Source of the DNA: a virus
Lineage: Duplodnaviria > Heunggongvirae > Uroviricota > Caudoviricetes
Length of the DNA: 12,735 nucleotides
Direction: 5' to 3' (one strand)
Virus record (IMG/VR): IMGVR_UViG_3300040801_002714
Location: 84,436 to 97,170 of that record
Positions 1 through 7,536 of this stretch are shown here, piece by piece (the first letter of the stretch is position 1; each line of letters begins with the position of its first letter). A program made the position numbers and the translations under genes. The notes under the pieces were generated by a model. It saw only the letters and a list, made by a program, of their open reading frames with translations, did not search any database and had not been told where the DNA came from.

Positions 1-125
1 TGGAATTCGACAAATTGTCCGACTCCGCCGCCGTATTCTTTACTGATCTTAACAGCTTCGCCTGCTTCGAAGGGCATTTCTGTGCCTTCTTTTATAGCAG
101 AGATCCAGCGATACATGTCTGTCAT
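1..125 (-). CDS. Late-expressed hypothetical protein, runs off the left edge (MTDMYRWISAIKEGTEMPFEAGEAVKISKEYGGGVGQFVEF...)
   Basis: Not in the ORF track; translated by hand. ATG at 125, open to the window edge, AGGTG SD at 136-140, GATAAATA late-promoter-like motif at 155-162. Confidence 0.75.
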   Translation of the reverse strand, partial: MTDMYRWISAIKEGTEMPFEAGEAVKISKEYGGGVGQFVEF

Positions 126-154
126 ATTCGATAAACACCTAGTAATGTTTCTAG

Positions 155-162
155 TATTTATC
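155..162 (-). promoter_or_regulatory. T4-like late promoter (GATAAATA) forming the 5' arm of an RBS-occluding hairpin (130-162)
   Basis: Minus strand reads GATAAATAC-TAG-AAACATTA-CTA-G-GTGTTTATC. Matches the T4 late consensus TATAAATA at 7/8. Confidence 0.65.
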
Positions 163-175
163 AAATAAAACAGTT

Positions 176-460
176 TTAGGAGGGAAGTTTGGAAGTCCTT
201 TCTGCAGGAGTTCGGTGGGTATGGTAATACTTTAATTTCCAAGTCACCTTGGTCTTAGATCTATACCAGGGCTTTAAGACGGAATCACTTTTATATCTGC
301 GATTCTTACCTTTCTTTTTTGAATTCATCACAGGATGTCGAAAGACGAACTTGTATCGAGACTGTTTATTCTTTAGCGCAAATGGTCGAGTTCCTCTTTG
401 TCTCCACTTGAGGTTCATGCGCCCGGCTATCCACGATGATGCACCGTAATAGAATCTCAA
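176..460 (-). CDS. Small, very basic (K/R/W-rich) hypothetical protein; start uncertain (TTG 460, or ATG 418)
   Basis: Fills the gap between the stop at 463 and the late promoter, on the same strand as all neighbours. No recognisable motif. Confidence 0.5.
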   Translation of the reverse strand: MRFYYGASSWIAGRMNLKWRQRGTRPFALKNKQSRYKFVFRHPVMNSKKKGKNRRYKSDSVLKPWYRSKTKVTWKLKYYHTHRTPAERTSKLPS

Positions 461-462
461 GC

Positions 463-753
463 TCAATCGCCTACTTTCTGAGAATACCAAGATTGCGAGT
501 ATTCGTGCTTAGTTTTGAACCAAAACTTTGTACGATTTCCTTCAAACCACGATTTTGTGCATTTACGCATGACTCGAAATTTGAACATGTGGCGAAAACG
601 GTTTCCGCCAAAGCAGTGGCGTTGCTGACGACCGATCGGAAGCCACGGAATAATCTTAACGTCCGATTGGTTAATGCTATTCTTGTAGCAAGGCAATCTT
701 CTGTACTTTTGGATCAAAGTATTGCGACGCTTTTTTGCAAATGTCTTTCTCAT
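463..753 (-). CDS. Basic hypothetical protein (96 aa)
   Basis: TGATG stop/start overlap with the upstream SLOG gene (751-755). No recognisable motif. Confidence 0.6.
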   Translation of the reverse strand: MRKTFAKKRRNTLIQKYRRLPCYKNSINQSDVKIIPWLPIGRQQRHCFGGNRFRHMFKFRVMRKCTKSWFEGNRTKFWFKTKHEYSQSWYSQKVGD

Positions 754-1187
754 CAGATATCCGATCTTGTTTCGCCGTCGGGCTGTATGATGATCAGATT
801 GTCGGGATAGTTCTTTGCAGAGTAACGCATGGTTGCCCAGGTGCCGGATCGAACCTGTTCTCTGGAACTAGAAGGTGCACCGATCAAATAATCCGAAACA
901 TCCACAATGTCGTGGTTGCGATCTATGTATTCCTTTTGCTCCAGTATTTTGTCACCAAGACAAAATGCACGAGCAGACTCGTTGATCGGAGGATGAACTA
1001 TCACACGATAATCGAGATCTTTAGCAATCTTGTGTGCTTCTTCGTCGGCACCGACACAGTCGCCGTGATGGAGTTCCGGCTTGTCCCAGGGCGGCGTGTG
1101 TTCTTTGAACCAGATCAGCAGTTCACGAAAGGACTCCTTCTGAGCTTCTGTCATGCCATGCCTGGTGCCTGTCATTCCGATAATCAT
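753..1187 (-). CDS. Stand-alone SLOG superfamily (DprA/YspA-like Rossmann fold) nucleotide-binding protein
   Basis: Motifs IGMTGTR, HGDCVGADEEAH, RNHDIVDVSDYLI and RSGTWATMRY. ATG at 1187 preferred over GTG at 1211 because it starts at the first beta-strand, just after the upstream stop at 1196. Confidence 0.75.
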   Translation of the reverse strand: MIIGMTGTRHGMTEAQKESFRELLIWFKEHTPPWDKPELHHGDCVGADEEAHKIAKDLDYRVIVHPPINESARAFCLGDKILEQKEYIDRNHDIVDVSDYLIGAPSSSREQVRSGTWATMRYSAKNYPDNLIIIQPDGETRSDI

Positions 1188-1195
1188 GTCAGTTG

Positions 1196-1654
1196 CTAAA
1201 TCTTCGTGCACAGTTCGCTAGTTTCGGGACAAATCCAAGTTGAATATTTGTCTTCGATATGGCGCTGCTGTACGTTAATAGATTCGCCGACGGCAATTGG
1301 TACATTTTCCGGCACACGGACAACATAGCCTGCAGATGTAACTGCAAGCAAAGATCCGCCTGCAGGATTGAAATAAATCTGCTCAATTTTTCCGACAGTT
1401 CTGATGTACCTTTTGTCTTTGCCTTTCAGGTCGCCTTCTGCCGAGTAATCGTACGAATTGTACGAATGGCCTCTTTCGGCAACCAATTGAAGGTTGCTTC
1501 CCTGAGGCAACGTAATCTCAGGGCGCACGGTGACTTCAACTGGGTCGGGCACTTCCGCAGAGTTCCCACTGAAAATACTGATCAGGCTGGCAGTGAGTAT
1601 GCCTGCGCCAGCAAAGATCGCTATATTCTTGTAACCAGCCTGGGTATCATTCAT
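1196..1654 (-). CDS. Hypothetical membrane-anchored/exported protein (152 aa)
   Basis: N-terminal hydrophobic segment IAIFAGAGILTASLISIF, C-terminal Cys pair, ATGA overlap with the upstream gene, AAGGA upstream. Confidence 0.75.
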   Translation of the reverse strand: MNDTQAGYKNIAIFAGAGILTASLISIFSGNSAEVPDPVEVTVRPEITLPQGSNLQLVAERGHSYNSYDYSAEGDLKGKDKRYIRTVGKIEQIYFNPAGGSLLAVTSAGYVVRVPENVPIAVGESINVQQRHIEDKYSTWICPETSELCTKI

Positions 1655-1932
1655 GCTCTCGATTTCCTTCTACTGTTGAACCAGGCAAAGCCCTCGGTTC
1701 CTTTCATTCGAAAAAAGTTTTCTCGTAGTATCACAAACCACGGCTTGAGCATCTGGCTGCGGCGCTGAGCAGAGAGGCCTCTGTTCTTTGCGTTTTTGCG
1801 ACCGTAAGGTCCGTACATCAGCAGATGATCGAATGTGATGTATCCGTGTTTGCGATGAAAATAACGATCCGAGCTGCGCTTAGTGAACTCAGTGAAGCGT
1901 CTAGACTTGGACCGACCAAAATACTCGTCCAT
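1651..1932 (-). CDS. Basic hypothetical protein (93 aa)
   Basis: TAATG overlap with the ligase stop (1930-1934) places the start at 1932 rather than 1944. Confidence 0.65.
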   Translation of the reverse strand: MDEYFGRSKSRRFTEFTKRSSDRYFHRKHGYITFDHLLMYGPYGRKNAKNRGLSAQRRSQMLKPWFVILRENFFRMKGTEGFAWFNSRRKSRA

Positions 1933-3278
1933 TATAGATCCCATACCGTAGCAAAGTCATCAGCAACAGTTTTGTCTGTGCGAATCTCTATAAATCTGGG
2001 CAAAAACAAACTCCAATCCACGCCCCAGCGGTTCTTGCCTCTGGCGTCGATCACCTCGTTAAATTTTACGGCCATTATGCTACCTACAACATCGGGCGTG
2101 ATCGTTTTGCGCTCTTCGTCTGTGAAGCCGCTGCCCACAGACACGTACAGCATACCGTCGCTGGTCTTACCGACTAGGGCGCCCAGCATGCCTTGGTACT
2201 TGCCTGTACCTTCAATCCACTCAACGATCTCCAGGTCGCAGTCTTTTTCTGCTTTGAACTTGAGCAGGTCCGGGCTGCGCTTGTTTTGCCAAATACCGGA
2301 GGAATTTTTGAGCATGATACCTTCTTCGCCCATCTCCAGTGCGTCGCCGAAGTAGTCGTTGGCAGCATCAAAATTCTCCAGTGTGCGAGTCTCGATGATC
2401 TCGTACTGGTCTGCAGGATTCGCTTCAACTAGATCTTTCACTGTGCTAAAGCGAACCGAGTAAGGTGTGGTGTCTTTGTATGCGCGGAACTTCTCCAGGG
2501 GGATCACATCCCAGATGCGCATACGCACACGAGAAGCTTCATCTTCGGAAATGGTACCTTTGATTGCCTTGCTTAAGATTCCGTTTCCTTTTTTCCTCGA
2601 CATGATGGATCCGTCGTCTTCGACGAGCACAAGTTCTCCATCAAATACCGCGCTCCGCCCGTAAGCTTCACCCAGCATACTGAAAGGATTATCGAAGTTA
2701 CCAAGCAGATCAACCATGCGCCCAGAGCGACCATACACACTGACCACACAGCCGCGTCCATCAATGAATTCCACATGAACGTTTGCCCTCATACCATCGG
2801 CCTTGAGCTGTCCAAATGCAGGCCACTGAATGTTTTTGATTGTTTTCTCGTCGTAAGGCTTGCCAAGCAAGCACGGGTAGGTTGGGATAAGACCCTTCCA
2901 AACTTTATTTACCGTGCTTTCTTGGACACCGCATCGCAAGTCCTTCTTGACGATGCGTTCGGCAACAGAGGCCGCTTCGGGGGTGAGTTGACTGAGCACC
3001 TCGGACATCTTGTCCTGGGCTGCATGACCGGTTACTTCTCGATTGGAGAACTGAGACAGTTGCTCGAAGAACCAGTCCAGACCTTTATCTCCAGTCGCTA
3101 CATACGCGGGTAGCTTGCGCATATAGAACTGAGTGTAAGGGTCTAGGGCATAAAGAAAAGCAGAGGAAAGATTGCTGTTAAATTTCCCCTGCTCAAGCAG
3201 TGCGAGTTTATCGTTGCGACTGCGTGTGGCCGCAACTTGTTCGAGGAGATCATAAACGTCGCAGATACCTTGTCTCAT
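1932..3278 (-). CDS. lig: ATP-dependent DNA ligase, T4 gp30-like
   Basis: Motif I QLKADGMR (KxDG), III FDGEL, IIIa IWDVI, IV EEGIMLK, V LLKFK, OB-fold VGSGF, and a T4-type N-terminal helical domain. Confidence 0.96.
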   Translation of the reverse strand: MRQGICDVYDLLEQVAATRSRNDKLALLEQGKFNSNLSSAFLYALDPYTQFYMRKLPAYVATGDKGLDWFFEQLSQFSNREVTGHAAQDKMSEVLSQLTPEAASVAERIVKKDLRCGVQESTVNKVWKGLIPTYPCLLGKPYDEKTIKNIQWPAFGQLKADGMRANVHVEFIDGRGCVVSVYGRSGRMVDLLGNFDNPFSMLGEAYGRSAVFDGELVLVEDDGSIMSRKKGNGILSKAIKGTISEDEASRVRMRIWDVIPLEKFRAYKDTTPYSVRFSTVKDLVEANPADQYEIIETRTLENFDAANDYFGDALEMGEEGIMLKNSSGIWQNKRSPDLLKFKAEKDCDLEIVEWIEGTGKYQGMLGALVGKTSDGMLYVSVGSGFTDEERKTITPDVVGSIMAVKFNEVIDARGKNRWGVDWSLFLPRFIEIRTDKTVADDFATVWDL

Positions 3279-3309
3279 CTGTGTAGCCTTTGCCTAACTA
3301 TTTGTACAC

Positions 3310-3338
3310 AGTATATGACGAATATCTTCAACTGTCAA
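3310..3338 (-). promoter_or_regulatory. sigma70-type (early) promoter for the ligase operon
   Basis: TTGACA (3333-3338), 17-nt spacer, TATACT (3310-3315), 31 nt upstream of the ligase ATG. Confidence 0.85.
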
Positions 3339-3345
3339 GATCTGT

Positions 3346-3864
3346 TTACGGAGATTTTCCTTGGCTCTGTGGCATTACGTATGCTGCGCCAGCTTGCATT
3401 GCATCGGGCTCGCCCATGTGTGACTTGGGCTGAGTCTTCAGCTTGTCCACTACTGCTTTTTTCTCAGGGTCCCACATGCCGTCGGGTGGGGTGTCTGATT
3501 TTGAAATTGACTTTGGTATCTGATAACGAGACAGACCGGACCTTTCGCCGCCGGCTGTTTCATACGTAGGCGGACTCTCTGCATGTGCTCCGTTCCAGCC
3601 TTCCGACCACCAAACAATCTCCGGTATGTTTCGGTAGTTACTGTTTTCGGGCTCCCAGAAGGGAATACCGTGTTCAAATGCTTTCTGACCGATCATAAAA
3701 CAGGCGATACGGTTGCCCCAGGGAACATTGTCGTAAACACTGTCGATGTAATCTGTAATGAAGTCTACATCGTTCTTTCGCTTGGCACTGTTCTTGTACC
3801 AGATTGCCAACAGATAACAGGCAAGACCAACAGCGATTCCGATTAGCAGTATTATCAGTCCCAT
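3346..3864 (-). CDS. Membrane-anchored hypothetical protein with an Rmf-like G-x2-A-x3-G...Y...W-x2-GW motif
   Basis: GAGGT SD 7 nt upstream of the ATG, N-terminal TM helix (LIILLIGIAVGLACYLLAIW), low-complexity C-terminal tail. Confidence 0.75.
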   Translation of the reverse strand: MGLIILLIGIAVGLACYLLAIWYKNSAKRKNDVDFITDYIDSVYDNVPWGNRIACFMIGQKAFEHGIPFWEPENSNYRNIPEIVWWSEGWNGAHAESPPTYETAGGERSGLSRYQIPKSISKSDTPPDGMWDPEKKAVVDKLKTQPKSHMGEPDAMQAGAAYVMPQSQGKSP

Positions 3865-3951
3865 GTACTTAACCTCATGTGTATAGTCCAGTTCACTCCG
3901 TCCAGGTTCACTACCATAGGAGAAGAGAAATAGATTGGTTGGGGAAAACGA

Positions 3952-4236
3952 TCAGTGTAAGATTCTTGCCAGGTCGTATGAATTTGAAATGTATTTGTCT
4001 GGGTCTGCGTCATAGTCTTGCATGGCCTGTTCAAGCGCTTCCTGGTTGTTGATGTCAAAGTCAGGCATGCCTATGACTCTGATAAAGCTGCATCCACAGA
4101 ATACATCGCAAAAGAGATACTCTCTCTGTAGATATGACCCCGGTGATACAAACTGGAATTTAAAGTCCTCTATTGCTCCCTCTTCATTCAACCCTAACAG
4201 TAGGCAGGTCTGTGTGAAGCTGATCGTCTGTGTCAT
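3952..4236 (-). CDS. Acidic hypothetical protein (94 aa)
   Basis: AAGGA SD upstream of ATG 4236; overlaps the 3' end of ftsH by 53 nt. Confidence 0.7.
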   Translation of the reverse strand: MTQTISFTQTCLLLGLNEEGAIEDFKFQFVSPGSYLQREYLFCDVFCGCSFIRVIGMPDFDINNQEALEQAMQDYDADPDKYISNSYDLARILH

Positions 4237-6016
4237 TGCTCTGTCCTTTCATAATATCCGCAATCTGATCTTGGTCGATCGTCTCATGTTGTACTAGAGC
4301 ACGAGCCATCTCGTCAAGCTTATTTTTATTTTTGACCAACAGTTCTCTAGCGCGATTCTGCGCAGTAGAGAGAATTTTGTTGATCTCTTCGTCTATAGTG
4401 GCCTGTATAGTCTCACTGAACACACTAGAGCCCATATAGTCTGTTTTTGCGTAATTTACGGGGCCTAACGACCCAAAACCCCACTCCGTAACCATGCGTC
4501 GAGCAAGCTCTGTCGCACGTACAATATCGCTGCTGGCACCAGTTGTTACAGCTTCAGCACCGAACTGAATCTCTTCTGCTAGTCGCCCGCCATACAGTGT
4601 AGCGATTGCGCTGTTCAGGTATGTGAGGCTGTGACTGTAGCGATCCTGGTCAGGCATAAACTGTGTTACACCAAGTGCACGGCCCCTCGGCACAATGCTG
4701 ACCTTGTAGACCGGATCGTGCTCAGGACTGAGGTAGCCAACGATAGCATGACCAGCTTCATGGTATGCAGTCAGGTTGCGTTCCTTCTCGTCCATGGGCT
4801 TAGGACTTTCCGCACCCATGATCACTTTGTCCTTTGCCATATCCATGTCGTTCATGGTAGTAGTCGACCGATTCTCACGTGCTGCAAAAATCGCTGCTTC
4901 TTGTACCAGCTTGGCCAAGTCTGCACCACTCATTCCTGTTGTTCCTTGTGCGATGCGCATGGTGTCAATGTTCGGGCCTCGATTAATCTGCTCCAGGTGC
5001 AGATCCAAAATCTGCTTACGAGCATCGAGGTCGGGTAAGCTAACATGAATAGTGCGGTCGAACCTTCCAGGACGTGTGAGTGCAGAGTCTAATACCTCTG
5101 GCATGTTGGTTGCGGCAATTACCATCACGCCACTGTCCTTGTCAAAGCCGTCCATTTCTACCAGCAGCTGGTTCAGCGTTTGATCAGCTTCTCGGTGTCC
5201 GCCACCGGCAGAGTCTCCCCTGCTGCGACCTACTGCGTCAATTTCGTCAATGAACACGATGCTAGGTGCGTGAGCGCGAGCTTGTTCAAACACACTCTTT
5301 ACCCTGGCGGCGCCAACCCCCACAAACATTTCCACAAACTCGGAGCCGCTCACGGTGAAAAAGGAAACACCAGCTTCGCCTGCAATAGCTTTCGCAAGCA
5401 GAGTCTTACCTGTGCCCGGAGGACCTGCAAGAAGAATACCAGTTGGCACATTTGCTCGTGCTGCGCGGTAGCGTTCGCGATCCTGGATAAACTGGATAAT
5501 CTCTTTGGCTTCGTCGTGTTCACCTGGATTCGATATCACATCTGTGAGTCGCGTCGTGTTCGACTTGGGATCAATCATCTTGGCTTTGCTTTTGCCAAAG
5601 TCGAGCAATCCTCCTGCGCCGCCGCCTTTGGACATTTTTGCAAGGAACAGGATCAGTAGCAGTATCGGCAATATGCTGAGGAAGATGATCATACCGATGC
5701 CCATGGGCTCTGCTGGCTGGGCAACTTCGACGTTGACACCTTGTGCAGCAAGAACATCCACGATGTTCGATACGTTACCAGGGGTAATGGTTTGATAGAT
5801 TTGGCCGCCTAGTTCAAAGGTGTACCAAATTGTGTGGCCGTCTTGATGGACTTGCAGCTCTTTGACTTCGCCCATCGTGCTGAGGAATTGCGAATAGGTT
5901 GCGTTGATTACCTGGGGATCAAAAAACATCGGTTTGATGATAAACCAAAACGCTAACAATAGAACCCCAATCACAATCAACGGAGTAAGACTGGGCTTCG
6001 GTGCTTGTTTGCTCAC
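4184..6016 (-). CDS. ftsH: ATP-dependent membrane zinc metalloprotease FtsH
   Basis: Two N-terminal TM helices, Walker A GPPGTGKT, pore loop FVEMFVG, Walker [27 protein letters not shown] zinc motif and third ligand in GASSD. GTG start with GAGGA SD. Confidence 0.97.
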   Translation of the reverse strand: MSKQAPKPSLTPLIVIGVLLLAFWFIIKPMFFDPQVINATYSQFLSTMGEVKELQVHQDGHTIWYTFELGGQIYQTITPGNVSNIVDVLAAQGVNVEVAQPAEPMGIGMIIFLSILPILLLILFLAKMSKGGGAGGLLDFGKSKAKMIDPKSNTTRLTDVISNPGEHDEAKEIIQFIQDRERYRAARANVPTGILLAGPPGTGKTLLAKAIAGEAGVSFFTVSGSEFVEMFVGVGAARVKSVFEQARAHAPSIVFIDEIDAVGRSRGDSAGGGHREADQTLNQLLVEMDGFDKDSGVMVIAATNMPEVLDSALTRPGRFDRTIHVSLPDLDARKQILDLHLEQINRGPNIDTMRIAQGTTGMSGADLAKLVQEAAIFAARENRSTTTMNDMDMAKDKVIMGAESPKPMDEKERNLTAYHEAGHAIVGYLSPEHDPVYKVSIVPRGRALGVTQFMPDQDRYSHSLTYLNSAIATLYGGRLAEEIQFGAEAVTTGASSDIVRATELARRMVTEWGFGSLGPVNYAKTDYMGSSVFSETIQATIDEEINKILSTAQNRARELLVKNKNKLDEMARALVQHETIDQDQIADIMKGQSNDTDDQLHTDLPTVRVE

Positions 6017-6040
6017 ATCACAATCCTCTTTGTTACAAAA

Positions 6041-6268
6041 TCAGTCGCTATCTTCAACTTGCCAATCGCTGTCGCGTTTGTCTAGCCTCTTTAACTGTTT
6101 CTCAACTACAGTATCAATGTCGCTGTCTGTAGCTGTCTGGTAAGCCTTATTATAATGTTCTTCACAATAAGACTTTCTAACCTGTGTTGCAGTACCGCAC
6201 TTCCCCTTGCTGTCGATCCATTGGCATGTACGTGGCCGAAACTCGACAGAGAACCCATCCGTGTGCAT
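6041..6268 (-). CDS. Small Cys/His protein resembling the C-terminal domain of the alphaproteobacterial regulator GcrA (75 aa)
   Basis: TCQW...CG...SYCEEHYNKAY matches the C-x-W...CG...YC-x2-H-x3-AY pattern as recalled for GcrA. AGGAGGT SD (6276-6282) places the start at ATG 6268, not GTG 6277. Confidence 0.65.
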   Translation of the reverse strand: MHTDGFSVEFRPRTCQWIDSKGKCGTATQVRKSYCEEHYNKAYQTATDSDIDTVVEKQLKRLDKRDSDWQVEDSD

Positions 6269-6300
6269 TGTCAGCACCTCCTATTTTTATTATTGTGTTC

Positions 6301-6329
6301 AGTCTAGCACCGAAGTGCAGAATAGTCAA
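6301..6329 (-). promoter_or_regulatory. sigma70-type (early) promoter for the GcrA-like/ftsH operon
   Basis: TTGACT (6324-6329), 17-nt spacer, TAGACT (6301-6306). The spacer contains the inverted repeat GCAC-TTCG-GTGC. Confidence 0.75.
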
Positions 6330-6631
6330 TCAGTGAATTCTACTATTAAATACTTGCATCTGCGGTCTACACAGTTAGCAACAGCATCCATAAAATCGTA
6401 TTCTTCTTTGGTGCTAAGGTGCCAATAGATCTCGCTAGTGTAATCTGCAAATCCTGTGAAATTCTTATTGCACTCTGTTAGGTAATCCTCGATAGACAAT
6501 TCGCCATCGAAGTCGTATGGTGGGTATTGACTTTCTAGATCCTCAGCAAAGATAACCTTAATGAGGCCTAATACATCTCCCGACTCTTCCACGACATTGT
6601 ATCGTGTTCCTAGATTTTGTAAGTTTGTCAT
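6326..6631 (-). CDS. Acidic hypothetical protein (101 aa)
   Basis: GGAGA SD upstream of the ATG; operon packing. Confidence 0.75.
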   Translation of the reverse strand: MTNLQNLGTRYNVVEESGDVLGLIKVIFAEDLESQYPPYDFDGELSIEDYLTECNKNFTGFADYTSEIYWHLSTKEEYDFMDAVANCVDRRCKYLIVEFTD

Positions 6632-6644
6632 TATGTCTCCAGTT

Positions 6645-6659
6645 GGCCCGTTGCAGGCC
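6645..6659. terminator. Small GC hairpin between genes (possible weak terminator or stabiliser)
   Basis: Minus strand GGCCUG-CAA-CGGGCC. No U-tract on the coding strand; only a short TTTAT on the plus side. Confidence 0.25.
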
Positions 6660-6660
6660 T

Positions 6661-6945
6661 TTATATGTCGTAAAAAGAAATCGTGTGTTCATTCTCAACT
6701 TCTGCATGAACACCTGGTATTGATACCAGTTGAAAATCCTGTGTCCACTCCGGACCTTCTGCCCAGTGAACTTGTGCGTCTGCAATACTTCCTTGTGTGT
6801 CTGCTTGTTCTTTTGTGTACACCTTTACTCCGTTAGGATCGAAGCCATTGCCTCTAGCAATCTCTTTCAACTGCTGGGCAACACTTTGAGCCGAATGGTA
6901 CGATGGTAAGTTTTTGCAAGCTTCCCAATGCTGTTTGGTTCTCAT
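6661..6945 (-). CDS. Hypothetical protein (94 aa)
   Basis: AAGGGG SD upstream of the ATG; operon packing. Confidence 0.75.
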   Translation of the reverse strand: MRTKQHWEACKNLPSYHSAQSVAQQLKEIARGNGFDPNGVKVYTKEQADTQGSIADAQVHWAEGPEWTQDFQLVSIPGVHAEVENEHTISFYDI

Positions 6946-6984
6946 AGGACATCCCCTTATTGATATTGTGTCTCCTATGCTGTG

Positions 6985-7530
6985 TCACTGTGTGTTGCCA
7001 AGTCTGGCATTTACAATTTGCCAGTCTACAATTTTCCAAATGTTTGCAAGGTATTTCTTTTTGTCGGGACCGTAGTCCATATAGTATGCATGTTCCCACA
7101 TATCTACAATAACTGCAACATCGGAAACTGATTTGTGATTCTGGATAGTTTTGATAGTGCCGGTTGTACTCAAATAGCACCATCCGCTTCCTTGTATCGA
7201 TAGTGCCTCTTCAGCAAAAGCATCTTTAAAATCTGAGAAATTGCCAAACTGTTTTTCAATCAATGCGCCGGATGCATCGAACGGAGAGTTTCCAGTTTGG
7301 GCAGGTTGCATCTGTTCGTGCCAAAGATTATGTAGCTGTACTCCTGCTAGTGCAAAATCGTCACCCGATTGTGCTCGGTCAACATAACCTTTGTGGAGAG
7401 TATTATAATGAAAGTCTATGCTTTGTTTGCTTAGTACAGGTTCTGCGTCAGCAAGAGCGATGGGGAGCTTCACTCTGTATGCTGTTTCTTGAGCTTCTAT
7501 TATTGTGATGTATCTTTTCAGCTCTTCCAT
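6985..7530 (-). CDS. sod: Fe/Mn-family superoxide dismutase, shortened, with an N-terminal leader
   Basis: FHYNTLHKGYV, AGVQLHNLW, QGSGW and DMWEHAYY; all four metal ligands (H, H, D, H) are present. Confidence 0.92.
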   Translation of the reverse strand: MEELKRYITIIEAQETAYRVKLPIALADAEPVLSKQSIDFHYNTLHKGYVDRAQSGDDFALAGVQLHNLWHEQMQPAQTGNSPFDASGALIEKQFGNFSDFKDAFAEEALSIQGSGWCYLSTTGTIKTIQNHKSVSDVAVIVDMWEHAYYMDYGPDKKKYLANIWKIVDWQIVNARLGNTQ

Positions 7531-7536
7531 AATGTA

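Noticed and set aside
166-178. 6-1-6 palindromes TAAAAC-A-GTTTTA (166-178) and TGTTAC-T-GTAACA (8648-8660) as shared operators
   Set aside because: The sequences differ from each other and are AT-rich; there is no evidence for a common regulator.
2906-2912. GTAAATA inside the ligase gene
   Set aside because: It is intragenic, deviates from ATAAATA and has no nearby start; likely chance.
6946-6996. Possible promoter and an orphan AGGAG between sod and the next gene
   Set aside because: The -35/-10 candidates are poor matches, and no start codon lies at a suitable distance from the AGGAG.
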